Assembly (NCBI GenBank): GCA_029219585.1
Contig: JAQXTR010000083.1
Coordinates: forward strand, 28,978-92,977
Source: Clostridiales bacterium
Lineage (GTDB): Bacteria; Bacillota; Clostridia; UBA1381
Reading direction: 5' to 3'
Length of the DNA: 64,000 bases
The notes below the pieces were generated by a model that was given only the letters and a program-made list of their open reading frames with translations, searched no databases and was not told the DNA's origin. The position numbers and the translations under genes are program-made. Every line of letters starts with the position of its first letter. The stretch's first letter is position 1. Of the stretch, positions 48,337 to 58,270 are shown piece after piece.

Positions 48337-50007
48337 TTATGCCTCCTTTCCCGCATTCTTCATTTTGTCCTCGTTAAGTGCGTCACCCGTCGGCTCAAAC
48401 GGACTTACATTCACAATAAGCATGTAGCTTTCCTTATCGGCAAGCATAGCCTTTACCGCATCGTCAACCTGAGAATTCTCCGAAATAGTATTGCTTCTTA
48501 TTCCGTAAGCCTCTGCAAGCTTTGCAAAATCCGGGCTGCCGTTTGTGATGTCAACCATTTGGTAATTTGAGCCATAGAACAAATACTGATGCTCATGAAC
48601 CATGCCAAGACGATCATTCTTAAAGAGAACCATTTTTACCGGGATATTATACTGGAGCATTGTCCCAAGCTCAGGAAGATCCATCTGGAAGCTGCCGTCA
48701 CCCATAACCGCAATTACAGGCTTTTCACTCTGCGCCTCGCTTGCACCTATTGCTGCGGGGAGTCCGTAGCCCATTGTTCCGAAGCCGCCGGAGGTGATAA
48801 ACATCTCAGGATGCTTTATTGTAAAGTGGTTTGCGCACCATATCTGGTTCTGCCCTACCTCTGTTGTGAGATATACATCCGAATTGGTTATCTTCGAAAG
48901 TCTTTCGAGGAAATATTTCGGATTTACAAAGCCGTTATCCTCGCTGTTGTTTCTCGGCTTCATTACAAATCTCAGTTCGTCTATCTCATGCTTCCACTCA
49001 TACGGCGTATGCCATTGCTCAAGCATAGGCAAAAGCTGCGACACAACATCCTTTATATCCCCTACCACAGGAATATACGGCTGCATATTTTTACCTATTT
49101 CCGCCGGATCAATATCTATATGTATGAGCTTATTTGCGTTTTCCAGTCCCGCTGCATTTGCAACGCTTCTGTCGCCCAGTCTTGTTCCCATAGCAAGAAC
49201 AAGATCGGAACGGTTCAGGATTGTGTTCGCACGCTTTGTGCCGTGAGAACCTATCATGCCATAAAACCGCTCGTCATCTGTCGGAATTACTCCAAGCCCC
49301 ATCATTGTTGATATGACCGGGATGCCTGTCCGGTTCACAAAATCATTGATCTCATTAACCGCTCCCGAACACGTTATTCCTCCGCCCGCCAAAAGCACCG
49401 GCTTCTTTGCCTTCTTCAGCGCATCGGCAACCTTTTTTATCTGTGATTCGTTTGCGCGCCCCTGAAGCTTATAGCCGCGCAGGTTTATTTCGTCATCGCT
49501 TCCGCCCTCATATTTAGCCTTAAGTACATCGACCGGGAAATCTATAAGAACCGGTCCCGGACGTCCCGTTGTCGCAATATGAAATGCCTCATTGATAACT
49601 CTTGAAATATCCCTTATATCCTTAACAAGATAACTGTGCTTTACAAACGGTAATGTCGAACCGATTATATCGACCTCCTGGAATGCGTCCTTACCGATTA
49701 ATCCCGTTTTAACCTGTCCCGTGAGAGCTATCACAGGAATTGAATCCATGTAGGCTGTGGCAATGGCTGTGATAAGATTTGTCGCACCCGGACCGGAGGT
49801 GGCCGTGCATACGCCTGCCGTTCTCTTTACCCTCGCATAGCCCGAAGCCATATGAGCCGCACCCTGTTCATTTCTTGAAAGAATATAATCGATTGATGAA
49901 TGCGATATACTTTCTATAAGCGGAGCATTGGCCGCACCCGGATAACCGAATACAGTTTTAACGCCGTTAGCCTCCAGAGCTGCTACTGCTATATCTGCAC
50001 CTGTCAT
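48337..50007 (-). CDS. ilvB: acetolactate synthase large subunit
   Basis: MTGADIAVAALEANGVKTVFGYPG... ThDP motif GDGSFQM. Start is ATG 50007, or TTG 50013 (8 nt after GGAGG). The track start at 50079 is the promoter -35. Confidence 0.93.
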   Translation of the reverse strand: MTGADIAVAALEANGVKTVFGYPGAANAPLIESISHSSIDYILSRNEQGAAHMASGYARVKRTAGVCTATSGPGATNLITAIATAYMDSIPVIALTGQVKTGLIGKDAFQEVDIIGSTLPFVKHSYLVKDIRDISRVINEAFHIATTGRPGPVLIDFPVDVLKAKYEGGSDDEINLRGYKLQGRANESQIKKVADALKKAKKPVLLAGGGITCSGAVNEINDFVNRTGIPVISTMMGLGVIPTDDERFYGMIGSHGTKRANTILNRSDLVLAMGTRLGDRSVANAAGLENANKLIHIDIDPAEIGKNMQPYIPVVGDIKDVVSQLLPMLEQWHTPYEWKHEIDELRFVMKPRNNSEDNGFVNPKYFLERLSKITNSDVYLTTEVGQNQIWCANHFTIKHPEMFITSGGFGTMGYGLPAAIGASEAQSEKPVIAVMGDGSFQMDLPELGTMLQYNIPVKMVLFKNDRLGMVHEHQYLFYGSNYQMVDITNGSPDFAKLAEAYGIRSNTISENSQVDDAVKAMLADKESYMLIVNVSPFEPTGDALNEDKMKNAGKEA

Positions 50008-50050
50008 ACTCAAGCTACATTCCTCCCTTTCGTTATATATAGTCCATACT

Positions 50051-50079
50051 ATTTTATCAGCATTTTCTCCGATTGTCAA
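50051..50079 (-). promoter_or_regulatory. ilvBNC promoter
   Basis: Minus strand TTGACA-17 nt-TAAAAT, giving a short (~35 nt) leader. Confidence 0.65.
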
Positions 50080-50104
50080 CCGCTTTTGTGATAATTCTTT
50101 TATT

Positions 50105-51937
50105 TTATCCGTTCTTTTTTCTGTTTGCAGCTTTTCCTCTGAGATCTGTCTGTAAAATTTTCTTTCTCATTCTCAGATGATTCGGCGTCACCTCAAGCAG
50201 CTCATCCTCTGCTATGAAATCAAGACACTGCTCAAGCGACATTTCCTTCGGCGGAACAAGCTTCAGCGCATCATCCGAACCCGATGCACGAGTATTGGTA
50301 GCATGCTTTCTCTTGCATACGTTTATTGTGATGTCCTCATCTCTGCCTGTTTCGCCGACAATCATGCCTTCATATACCTCAACATTCGGGCCTATAAATA
50401 ATGTGCCGCGCTCCTGAGCGTTAAACAGTCCGTAGGTGACGCTTTCTCCGTTCTCCCACGCGATAAGCGTTCCGTGATTGCGCGAGTCGAAATCCCCCTT
50501 GTACGGCTCATAGCACTCCAGGATGCTGTTTACTATCGCCGTACCCTTTGTTGCTGTCATAATCTCGCTTCTGAAGCCTATAAGACCTCGTGACGGGATC
50601 AAAAATTCCAATCTTGTATAATTCTGCGTGGTCGGTGCCATATTTGTGAGCTCACCCATACGGTTTACAACCTGATCCATAACCGCACCCGTGTAATCTG
50701 TTGGTACGTCAACCGTAAGACGTTCAATCGGCTCACATTTTACACCGTCTACGTTTTTATAAATAACTACCGGATTGGATACCTGAAACTCATATCCCTC
50801 ACGGCGCATATTTTCAATAAGAACGGATAGGTGAAGCTCCCCTCGTCCGGAAACCGTAAATGCCTCGGTTGTATCCGTGTCTTCAACGCGCAGACTCACA
50901 TTGGAGTCAAGCTCCTTATAAAGTCTGTCACGCAGATGGCGCGACGTTACAAACTTGCCGTCTTTGCCTGCAAAAGGACTGTCGTTTACGCTGAATGTCA
51001 TTGACAGCACCGGATCGTCAATCTTCACAAACGGCAGCGGCTCCGGCTTATCCGGCGAGCATATCGTTTCACCGATATTTATATCGGATATGCCCGAAAT
51101 TGCCACAACATCGCCTGCGCCTACCTCATCTGTCACAGTCTTTGCCAAGCCCTCAAAGGTATAAAGCTTTGTAGCCTTTGCATGTCCCGTTTTACCGTCG
51201 GCACGGCATATCGCAAGAGACATACCTGTTGTTATTCTGCCTCTCTGAATCTTTCCTACCGCTATTCGTCCCGTATAATCGTCATAGTCTATATTTGACA
51301 CAAGCATCTGGAACGGGCCGTCATCATCACATTCCGGGCACGGAATCTCTCTCACAATCAGTTCAAAAAGCTCCTTAAGGTCCTCTGACGGGTGCTCCGG
51401 ATCATACTCAGCCGTAGCCCAGCCGTCACGTCCTGATGCAAAAATCACCGGAGTGTCAAGCTGTTCCTCCGATGCGCCGAGGTCGATGAAAAGCTCAAGA
51501 ACCTCATCCACGACCTCATACGGTCTTGCGTTGGGGCGGTCAATCTTGTTTACAACTATTATAGGTCTTAGGTTAAGCGCCAAGGCCTTTGAAAGAACAA
51601 ACCTCGTCTGCGGCATACAGCCCTCGAATGCGTCAACCAAAAGCAGAACACCGTCTACCATCTCCAGACCTCGTTCTACCTCGCCGCCGAAATCGGCATG
51701 TCCCGGTGTATCTATAATATTAATCTTTGTTCCGTTATAATAAAGTGAAGTATTCTTCGCAAGAATTGTTATTCCGCGCTCGCGCTCAAGATCATTTGAA
51801 TCCATAACTCTTTCATCAACAACCTCGTTTTCACGGAAAGTTCCGCTCTGTGCAAGCATTGCGTCAACCAATGTTGTCTTGCCGTGGTCAACGTGCGCAA
51901 TAATCGCAATATTACGTATGTTTTCTCTGTTTATCAT
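50105..51937 (-). CDS. typA: translational GTPase TypA/BipA
   Basis: IRNIAIIAHVDHGKTTLVD...DTPGHADFGGEVER, 610 aa. Confidence 0.96.
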   Translation of the reverse strand: MINRENIRNIAIIAHVDHGKTTLVDAMLAQSGTFRENEVVDERVMDSNDLERERGITILAKNTSLYYNGTKINIIDTPGHADFGGEVERGLEMVDGVLLLVDAFEGCMPQTRFVLSKALALNLRPIIVVNKIDRPNARPYEVVDEVLELFIDLGASEEQLDTPVIFASGRDGWATAEYDPEHPSEDLKELFELIVREIPCPECDDDGPFQMLVSNIDYDDYTGRIAVGKIQRGRITTGMSLAICRADGKTGHAKATKLYTFEGLAKTVTDEVGAGDVVAISGISDINIGETICSPDKPEPLPFVKIDDPVLSMTFSVNDSPFAGKDGKFVTSRHLRDRLYKELDSNVSLRVEDTDTTEAFTVSGRGELHLSVLIENMRREGYEFQVSNPVVIYKNVDGVKCEPIERLTVDVPTDYTGAVMDQVVNRMGELTNMAPTTQNYTRLEFLIPSRGLIGFRSEIMTATKGTAIVNSILECYEPYKGDFDSRNHGTLIAWENGESVTYGLFNAQERGTLFIGPNVEVYEGMIVGETGRDEDITINVCKRKHATNTRASGSDDALKLVPPKEMSLEQCLDFIAEDELLEVTPNHLRMRKKILQTDLRGKAANRKKNG

Positions 51938-52086
51938 ACTGTGCTCCCTTTCAAAATATCTCTTTTATCCGTACAGTAATATTATACACCTGATTTTATA
52001 TTTTGAAAAGCTTTTCCCGAAAAAAACAGAAGTTTACACAAAACAAACAAAAAATATATGATTCATGTTGTCAGTTTTGCAGCTGT

Positions 52087-52130
52087 AAAAAAAGCCCCGC
52101 CGCCGAAGATATTACCTGACGGCGGGAGGG
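52087..52130 (-). terminator. terminator of the SLT-domain gene
   Basis: cccgccg...cggcggg stem followed by gcttttttt on the minus strand. Confidence 0.7.
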
Positions 52131-52135
52131 CCTGC

Positions 52136-53122
52136 TTATTTATATAATTCCACGGTTCTCGTTTCTCCGTTCCATACAACGGAAACCTCCAAGGCTTCCG
52201 CAACGAAACGAAGCGGAACAAGAACGCGGTTATTGACCAGCTCCGCAGAGCACTCAATATCATAAGGCTCATCATTTATGTATCCTTTATCAACTCCCAC
52301 ATAAAGATCAATAAGCTTATCTCCGCTTGATATGTATACATGCTGCTCCGATGGATCCCATCCGACATCCGCACCCAGCATCTCGCTTATTGCACGTACC
52401 GGAATCATTGTTGTTCCGCCGTCAATTATAGGATACTGATTATCAAATCTTACAAGTGAACCGTTAAGCCTTACTTTTGAGCCCACATAGTCTATGTTAT
52501 TGCGGTAATACCGCAGCACATGCTCAACATATTCCTTGTCGCCGTATGTTTTGTACGGCCAATTATTTACATAGCTTACGGCATTTGCTCTTTCCGCCAG
52601 CCAGTTATCACCCGCCGCCGCTATGATCCTGTCCAGTACAACCGGGCCGAAATTATACGATTGAAGCATCTTTGCATAATCACAATCATACTTGTAAAGC
52701 GCCTCCGACAGAAGATATGCCGCATACGGCACAGCCTTTACAGGATCCAGCCTGTCCTCAGGCGTCCATGAGCAGCCCGTCTGATCCGCGCCGAATTTCG
52801 CAAATGAACCGTTATTTGTATATTCGATCTGCATTATTCCCCATGCCGGGTATGGGCTGCCGTCCGAACGGTACTGATAATTCACTCCCCCCGACTCCTG
52901 CATACACACAGCTGCAAGTATATTGGGATCAATTCCAAACTGGTCACCTGCCTGCTTGAAAATACTGTTATACTGTGAAACCTTGGAACTGACCTTGCTT
53001 GTTCCTATAGAAAATGCGTCAAGGCTTGTCCCCCTGTGATCCGGAATCCCGGCCGCAAAAGCCGCCGCGGATGTTATCGCTGAAAGAATAACAGCTGTCC
53101 CTGCGGTAAGTATCTTTTTCAT
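52136..53122 (-). CDS. secreted lytic transglycosylase (SLT domain) with a C-terminal Cu-amine-oxidase-N-like domain
   Basis: Signal peptide. AAVCMQESGG...YNFG SLT motifs. C-terminus has TTMIPVRAISE / NRVLVPLRFVAE repeats. Confidence 0.85.
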   Translation of the reverse strand: MKKILTAGTAVILSAITSAAAFAAGIPDHRGTSLDAFSIGTSKVSSKVSQYNSIFKQAGDQFGIDPNILAAVCMQESGGVNYQYRSDGSPYPAWGIMQIEYTNNGSFAKFGADQTGCSWTPEDRLDPVKAVPYAAYLLSEALYKYDCDYAKMLQSYNFGPVVLDRIIAAAGDNWLAERANAVSYVNNWPYKTYGDKEYVEHVLRYYRNNIDYVGSKVRLNGSLVRFDNQYPIIDGGTTMIPVRAISEMLGADVGWDPSEQHVYISSGDKLIDLYVGVDKGYINDEPYDIECSAELVNNRVLVPLRFVAEALEVSVVWNGETRTVELYK

Positions 53123-53199
53123 GTTTTATCAACTCATTTCATGTTATTTATTTGTAATATTTCTAAAATTATCTTAATATTTTTGTAATATTTATTTGT

Positions 53200-53228
53200 A
53201 TTATACTACAAATTATATAAGATGTCAA
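53200..53228 (-). promoter_or_regulatory. promoter of the SLT-domain gene
   Basis: Minus strand TTGACA-17 nt-TATAAT. Confidence 0.65.
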
Positions 53229-53243
53229 TAGGGAAATTTTCGG

Positions 53244-53645
53244 TTAATCCGCCAACGAATGCATAAAACCATTTATACTGACGGTCATAATATCTCCTGC
53301 CACGGGAACACCCTCTATGCAAATAACATTAGCGCGAACCGGCTCGCCGACATCCACAGGATAATTTTTTACAATAAACGTATACCTTATACCGCTTTTT
53401 CCTCTGTAAGGCATTATATCCAGACCCGCACGCTTCTGTATTATATTGTAGCTTTTATATACCTCATCAAGCTCCGCGGGTATATTTACCTCCGCTTCCT
53501 CCACGGGCTTTTCATCAACCTCCCACCCGTAGCTGTCAAGCAGTCTGATGCTTCTGTCAATATCGCTTTCACCGGCAAAAACGCAGATCCCCGCAGCTGT
53601 GAGTGCTGTAATAACAAATAAAACAAATAATTTCTTTATTGTCAT
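53244..53645 (-). CDS. DUF4830-like secreted/anchored protein
   Basis: LLDSYGWEV...IPAELDEVYKSYNIIQKRAGLDIMPYRGK pattern. Start reset to ATG 53645 (MTIKKLFVLFV). Confidence 0.65.
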   Translation of the reverse strand: MTIKKLFVLFVITALTAAGICVFAGESDIDRSIRLLDSYGWEVDEKPVEEAEVNIPAELDEVYKSYNIIQKRAGLDIMPYRGKSGIRYTFIVKNYPVDVGEPVRANVICIEGVPVAGDIMTVSINGFMHSLAD

Positions 53646-53776
53646 AAAATACCCCTTTAAAAAAAATCTTACATTATTAATTATATTTGTCATGGTTTAA
53701 AAATATTACACCGTCTAATTTATTTTTTCGTGGGAATGCTAAAATCAATACCATTGTGAAAGGAGATTATTCTGAT

Positions 53777-53980
53777 ATGGTAACAAAAATTTCACTTGTA
53801 CTTGTTATTATAGGTGCGCTTAATTGGCTTCTTATCGGAGTTTTCGGTTATGATGTTGTAGGCGCCGTTTTCGGAGGTCAGATGGCGCTGTTTTCACGTA
53901 TTATCTATACGCTTGTAGGTCTTGCGGGAATATGGTGCATAACACTTCTGTTTAACCATGCACTTGCATCGGATTCATAA
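53777..53980 (+). CDS. DUF378 family small membrane protein
   Basis: MVTKISLVLVIIGALNWLLIGVFGYDVV...Y.LVGLAGIW pattern. AGGAG RBS. Start reset from the track. Confidence 0.8.
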   Translation: MVTKISLVLVIIGALNWLLIGVFGYDVVGAVFGGQMALFSRIIYTLVGLAGIWCITLLFNHALASDS

Positions 53981-53985
53981 CCGCA

Positions 53986-54026
53986 CAAAAAAATGCCTGA
54001 GAAGAATTACTGTTGCTCTCAGGCAT
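53986..54026 (-). terminator. cls terminator
   Basis: atgcctgaga / tctcaggcat stem followed by ttttttt on the minus strand. Confidence 0.8.
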
Positions 54027-54034
54027 TACATATA

Positions 54035-55573
54035 TTATATCATTGTTGCGATACATCTGAGGACTCTGCCCGCAGCTTTGTAATACCACGGATAATCCTC
54101 ATATTCCGTTATGGTAACACGACGGCATTTCGAAAGCGTGTCAATAAAATCCTTGTGTATCTCGCTTATCTGCGGCACTTGCGCCATATACGCGGCACAC
54201 TCATAGTGCAGATAAAGACTTCTGTAGTCATAATTTATTGTTCCGACCACAGCGCAGACATCATCGCTTATTGTTGTCTTTGCATGAACAAAGCCGGGAA
54301 CATATTCATAAACCTCAACACCTATATCAAACAGATCCTTATAATACGATCTGGCAAGACAATACGGCATTTTTTTATCCGGTATTCCCGGAAGAATAAG
54401 CTTTATGTTCACCCCGCGGGTAACAGCATAGCTCATAGCGTCAAATATATAGTCGTCAATTACAAAATACGGCGTCATTATATATACATATCTCTTGGCA
54501 TGATTAAGCATATCAACATACGCATTTCTTCCTATAGGCTTATTATCCAGAGGCGAATCGCAGAACGGAGTTATATATCCTTCCGCATTCGGATATGAAT
54601 ACTTTTTCGATTCACCTATGAAATATCCGAAATCGACCTGGTCTGTAGCCGCTGCCGTACACCACATTGTAAGAAACATCTCCGTAAAGCCGCTTACGGC
54701 CTCGCCGCAGATTTTAAAGCCATTGTCCTTCCAATGCCCGAACCGTTCTATCTTATTAATATATTCATCAGCAAGATTAATACCGCCCGAGAATGCACAC
54801 CTGCCGTCAATCACAATAACCTTGCGGTGGTCACGGTTGTTCTGATATGTCGAGAGAAGCGGCTGCACAGGTGAGAATATCTGGCACTTGATGCCTTTTT
54901 TCTCCAGCTCCCTCTCATATCCCTTAGGCATTATCGACATACAGCCCATACCATCAAACATAAGCCGCACGTCTACTCCCATTGCAGCCTTCTCCGACAG
55001 AACAGTCTCAACCGCTTTCCACATATAGCTTGCCTTATTAATAATGAAAAATTCAAGAAAAATGAATTTTTCCGCCTTTGAGATTTCCGCAAGCATATCA
55101 GGAAACATATCATCACCCAACGGATAATATGTAAATATTGAGTTCTTATAAACACGGCCTCCGTCCGCTCTTGAAAGATACCGCACGAGAGATGTTTCAC
55201 AGTGATTTGCCTCCATCTCCTTTATTGTGGCAGTGTCATCTGTTTTAAACTGCGATATTTTTGCTTCAGCAGCCTCATGCGCATGTAATATATCCTTGGA
55301 TATTATCCCGGTATGTGTATAAACATAGAAAAACCACCCGAAAATCGGTATTACCGCAATAAGCATTATCCATGTAATTTTGAAGGTGCTTTCCTCATGC
55401 CTGTTCACCTCAAATATGATTAACACCGCACTTATAAGATTTGAGCCGAGTAGATAGAATCTTGTATTATTTGAAACACCAACTATAAATATTGCTATCA
55501 TTCCTATCTGCAATAATAACGCGGTAACGGCAAAAAATTTATTCGAATAAATCAATTTTGAGAGTTTTTTCAC
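54035..55573 (-). CDS. cls: cardiolipin synthase
   Basis: Two HKD motifs (HRKVIVIDG, HAKTTISDD) and two N-terminal TM helices. GTG start 7 nt after GGAGGGG. Confidence 0.92.
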   Translation of the reverse strand: MKKLSKLIYSNKFFAVTALLLQIGMIAIFIVGVSNNTRFYLLGSNLISAVLIIFEVNRHEESTFKITWIMLIAVIPIFGWFFYVYTHTGIISKDILHAHEAAEAKISQFKTDDTATIKEMEANHCETSLVRYLSRADGGRVYKNSIFTYYPLGDDMFPDMLAEISKAEKFIFLEFFIINKASYMWKAVETVLSEKAAMGVDVRLMFDGMGCMSIMPKGYERELEKKGIKCQIFSPVQPLLSTYQNNRDHRKVIVIDGRCAFSGGINLADEYINKIERFGHWKDNGFKICGEAVSGFTEMFLTMWCTAAATDQVDFGYFIGESKKYSYPNAEGYITPFCDSPLDNKPIGRNAYVDMLNHAKRYVYIMTPYFVIDDYIFDAMSYAVTRGVNIKLILPGIPDKKMPYCLARSYYKDLFDIGVEVYEYVPGFVHAKTTISDDVCAVVGTINYDYRSLYLHYECAAYMAQVPQISEIHKDFIDTLSKCRRVTITEYEDYPWYYKAAGRVLRCIATMI

Positions 55574-55598
55574 GTTATCACCCCTCCTGTTTATTATA

Positions 55599-56168
55599 TC
55601 AATAATCTTTTGTTCTTCGTATCTCTTTAAAAACAGCTTTTTCTCCCTCCTGCTGCAGCAGAAGAAGCCACTTTTCTAGAAGCGCCGCAGTTTCCGGATG
55701 CATTGATTTCGGTGCTCTGCCCTGTCTGAAATAGTTTATGGGGTTGTCATTGGTATACTTGCTTCCTAAATACACCTTCCCCGCTGCTACTCTGTCACAA
55801 AACATCTCTTTAACATATATAATAGGCATCTTTACCGGCTCCAGCTTTTTCGTTGTGCTGTTGTAATCCGTCCAATATTCAAAATGATGGCGGTTTCTGC
55901 CCTTGTGGTGCATCCATGCCTTTGAATAGCCGTAAACCTCACGCTCACGCTCCGTAGGACTTTTATAGCCCAGATAAAATCGCGCGCCCTCAATAAACTC
56001 CGTAGGGCTGTATTTTGACAGATCATGCATGAGTCCGCGATATATTATTCCCGCTTTAACACAATGCTTAAATACTATCCGGCGATGCCTTGTTACGGTA
56101 TTGAAATGTTTTATTATATGCAGCATAAGCAATACGTCCTTTATGTATCGATAATTATTATTTATCAT
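55599..56168 (-). CDS. DUF5662-like (HD-like) hypothetical protein
   Basis: LMHDLSKYSPTEF...WMHHKGRNRHHFEYW pattern. Start uncertain (ATG 56168 or ATG 56126). Confidence 0.6.
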   Translation of the reverse strand: MINNNYRYIKDVLLMLHIIKHFNTVTRHRRIVFKHCVKAGIIYRGLMHDLSKYSPTEFIEGARFYLGYKSPTEREREVYGYSKAWMHHKGRNRHHFEYWTDYNSTTKKLEPVKMPIIYVKEMFCDRVAAGKVYLGSKYTNDNPINYFRQGRAPKSMHPETAALLEKWLLLLQQEGEKAVFKEIRRTKDY

Positions 56169-56294
56169 AACACATTGTTATTTCTTTTTCAAGTATTTTA
56201 TTCACTGTTTCGTTAATATTAAGGAATTTAAACTACAATTTCACAATAATAGCCATTATATTTGCCGAAAAGCCGAAAACTTTCAAAAAAGGTA

Positions 56295-56323
56295 TTGAAA
56301 AATTTTTTAAAATAGTATACAAT
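56295..56323 (+). promoter_or_regulatory. glmS promoter
   Basis: TTGAAA-17 nt-TACAAT. Confidence 0.6.
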
Positions 56324-56364
56324 AGAATATATTTATACACTGTTGACTACAAGGAGGTTTTACT

Positions 56365-58188
56365 ATGTGTGGTATTGTTGGCTACATAGGCTCAAAACAG
56401 GCAGCTCCGATTCTGCTTGACGGGCTTGAGAAGCTTGAATACAGAGGATATGACAGCGCAGGTATTGCTGTTATTAATAACGATGAAATAGATGTTGAAA
56501 AGGCAAAGGGAAGACTTAAGGTTTTAAGAGAAAAAACAAATAACGGTCAAAACGTCATCGGCACAACCGGTATCGGTCACACGCGCTGGGCAACCCACGG
56601 TGAGCCGTCAGATGTAAACGCGCATCCGCATCTTTCCAGATCCGGGCGCTTTGCCGTAGTTCATAACGGCATTATCGAAAACTATATAGCGCTGAGAAAG
56701 CGCCTGCAGTCGAAGGGCTTTGAGTTCATCTCGGAAACCGATACTGAGGTAATTGCTCATCTGTTTGAATACTATTATAAGGGTGACATCATGGAAGCCA
56801 TGATCAAGGTCATAGACCGCGTTGAAGGCTCCTATGCGCTGGGTGTTCTCTGCTCCGATTACCCTGATCAGTTTGTTGCAGTGCGAAAAGCCAGTCCGCT
56901 TATCGTCGGTCTGGGAGATGGAGAAAACTTTATCGCCTCCGATGTTACCGCCATTTTAAAGCACACACGTGATGTATACTACCTTGAGGACAATGAGATT
57001 GTTGTTCTTAAAAAGGATGGAGTAAAGGTCTATAATACCGATAAGGAAGAGGTTTCAAAGGACGTCTTCACGGTTGACTGGGATATTTCGGCTGCGGAAA
57101 AGGGCGGCTATGAGCATTTTATGATCAAGGAAATCGAGGAACAGCCCAAAGCACTCCTTGCTACCATCTCCCCGCGTATAAAGGACGGAAAGATTGTTCT
57201 TGACGATGTTTCTCTTACAAGAGATGATATAAAGAATATTAACAAAATCTTTGTTGTAGCATGCGGCAGTGCTTACCATGTCGGAGTTGTTGCCAAGTAT
57301 GTTATTGAGAAAATGTGCCGCATTCCGGTTGAAACGATAATCGCATCTGAATTCCGCTATTGCGATCCGATTGTGACAAGCAGAGATCTTGTAATAGTAA
57401 TAAGCCAGTCAGGAGAAACGGCGGATACTCTTGAAGCGCTTAAGGTTGCAAAGTCGCGCGGCGCCAGAATCCTTTCCATCGTAAATGTTGTCGGCTCCGC
57501 CATAGCTAACGCATCGGATGATGTTATTTATACATGGGCAGGTCCGGAAATTGCTGTTGCAACCACAAAGGCATATTCGACACAGCTTTCGGTTATATAT
57601 CTTCTCTCTGTTTATATGGCAGAAAAACTCGGTACAATCACATCCGGACAATACCGGAAATATATCGAGGATCTTGAAGCTTTGCCGAATCTTGTGGCTG
57701 AAACGCTTAAAAATAAGGATGAAATATCATATCTTGCCTCAAAGTTCTATAACTGTCATTCAATCTTCTTTATAGGAAGAAATCTTGACTACGCAGTATC
57801 GCTTGAAGGCTCTCTGAAGCTTAAGGAAATATCCTACATACATTCGGAGGCATATGCCGCAGGAGAGCTTAAGCACGGCACAATATCACTTATCGAGGAC
57901 GGTACACTTGTCATCGCACTTGCCACGGGCAATGATTTGTTTGACAAGACAGTTTCCAACATCAAGGAGGTAACCTCGCGCGGAGCTGTTGTTCTGGGAC
58001 TTACAACGACGGAACACAGCATGACCGGAATTGCGGATTATACGATTCACATTCCGAAAACAGATGATATTTTCCTCCCGTCGCTTTCGGTTATACCTTT
58101 ACAGCTGTTCGGTTACTATGTGGCGGCTCAGAAGGGCTGCGATATTGATAAGCCGAGAAATCTTGCAAAATCGGTAACCGTTGAATAA
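56365..58188 (+). CDS. glmS: glutamine--fructose-6-phosphate aminotransferase
   Basis: MCGIVGYIG... C-terminal KSVTVE, 607 aa. Confidence 0.97.
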   Translation: MCGIVGYIGSKQAAPILLDGLEKLEYRGYDSAGIAVINNDEIDVEKAKGRLKVLREKTNNGQNVIGTTGIGHTRWATHGEPSDVNAHPHLSRSGRFAVVHNGIIENYIALRKRLQSKGFEFISETDTEVIAHLFEYYYKGDIMEAMIKVIDRVEGSYALGVLCSDYPDQFVAVRKASPLIVGLGDGENFIASDVTAILKHTRDVYYLEDNEIVVLKKDGVKVYNTDKEEVSKDVFTVDWDISAAEKGGYEHFMIKEIEEQPKALLATISPRIKDGKIVLDDVSLTRDDIKNINKIFVVACGSAYHVGVVAKYVIEKMCRIPVETIIASEFRYCDPIVTSRDLVIVISQSGETADTLEALKVAKSRGARILSIVNVVGSAIANASDDVIYTWAGPEIAVATTKAYSTQLSVIYLLSVYMAEKLGTITSGQYRKYIEDLEALPNLVAETLKNKDEISYLASKFYNCHSIFFIGRNLDYAVSLEGSLKLKEISYIHSEAYAAGELKHGTISLIEDGTLVIALATGNDLFDKTVSNIKEVTSRGAVVLGLTTTEHSMTGIADYTIHIPKTDDIFLPSLSVIPLQLFGYYVAAQKGCDIDKPRNLAKSVTVE

Positions 58189-58205
58189 TAAACTTCATAA
58201 TACAT

Positions 58206-58228
58206 GGGCGCAGAATATGCGCCTTTTG
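58206..58228 (+). terminator. glmS terminator
   Basis: gggcgc-agaatat-gcgcc followed by tttt. Confidence 0.7.
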
Positions 58229-58246
58229 TATTGTATGAAATATTTT

Positions 58247-58263
58247 TGTAATATTTCTGTAAT
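58247..58263 (+). promoter_or_regulatory. WalR (YycF)-type direct repeat TGTAAT-N5-TGTAAT
   Basis: tgtaat atttc tgtaat. It ends 7 bp upstream of the -35 of the G5/3D gene promoter. A third TGTAAT lies at 58278-58283. Confidence 0.55.
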
Positions 58264-58270
58264 AAAAGTC

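Noticed and set aside
48589-49311. 240-aa and overlapping 150-aa ORFs on the plus strand
   Set aside because: They are antisense to ilvB, whose product is unmistakable. They have no RBS and an implausible composition.
50008-50079. N-terminal extension of ilvB given by the ORF track (also similar extensions at 38680, 59781, 11977, 5487, 22465, 53687, 58304)
   Set aside because: The track's upstream TTG/GTG starts fall in promoters or leaders. For example, 50079 and 38680 are the TTGACA/TTGACG -35 boxes, and 59781 is the T-box terminator. Internal ATGs with good RBSs give the conserved N-termini.
50051-50079. CodY box or T-box/attenuator control of ilvBNC
   Set aside because: The leader is only ~35 nt, so a T-box is excluded. 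The GAAAATGCTGATAAAAT stretch in the promoter spacer does not match AATTTTCWGAAAATT well enough to call.
53993-54598. 201-aa plus-strand ORF
   Set aside because: It is antisense to cardiolipin synthase, and its start lies inside the cls terminator hairpin.
56169-56364. Looked for a glmS ribozyme upstream of glmS
   Set aside because: The 195-nt region is AT-rich and contains a TTGAAA-17-TACAAT promoter only ~40 nt from the ATG. I see none of the conserved GC-rich ribozyme core (AGCGCC...GACGAGG-type segments). A cmscan with RF00234 would settle it.
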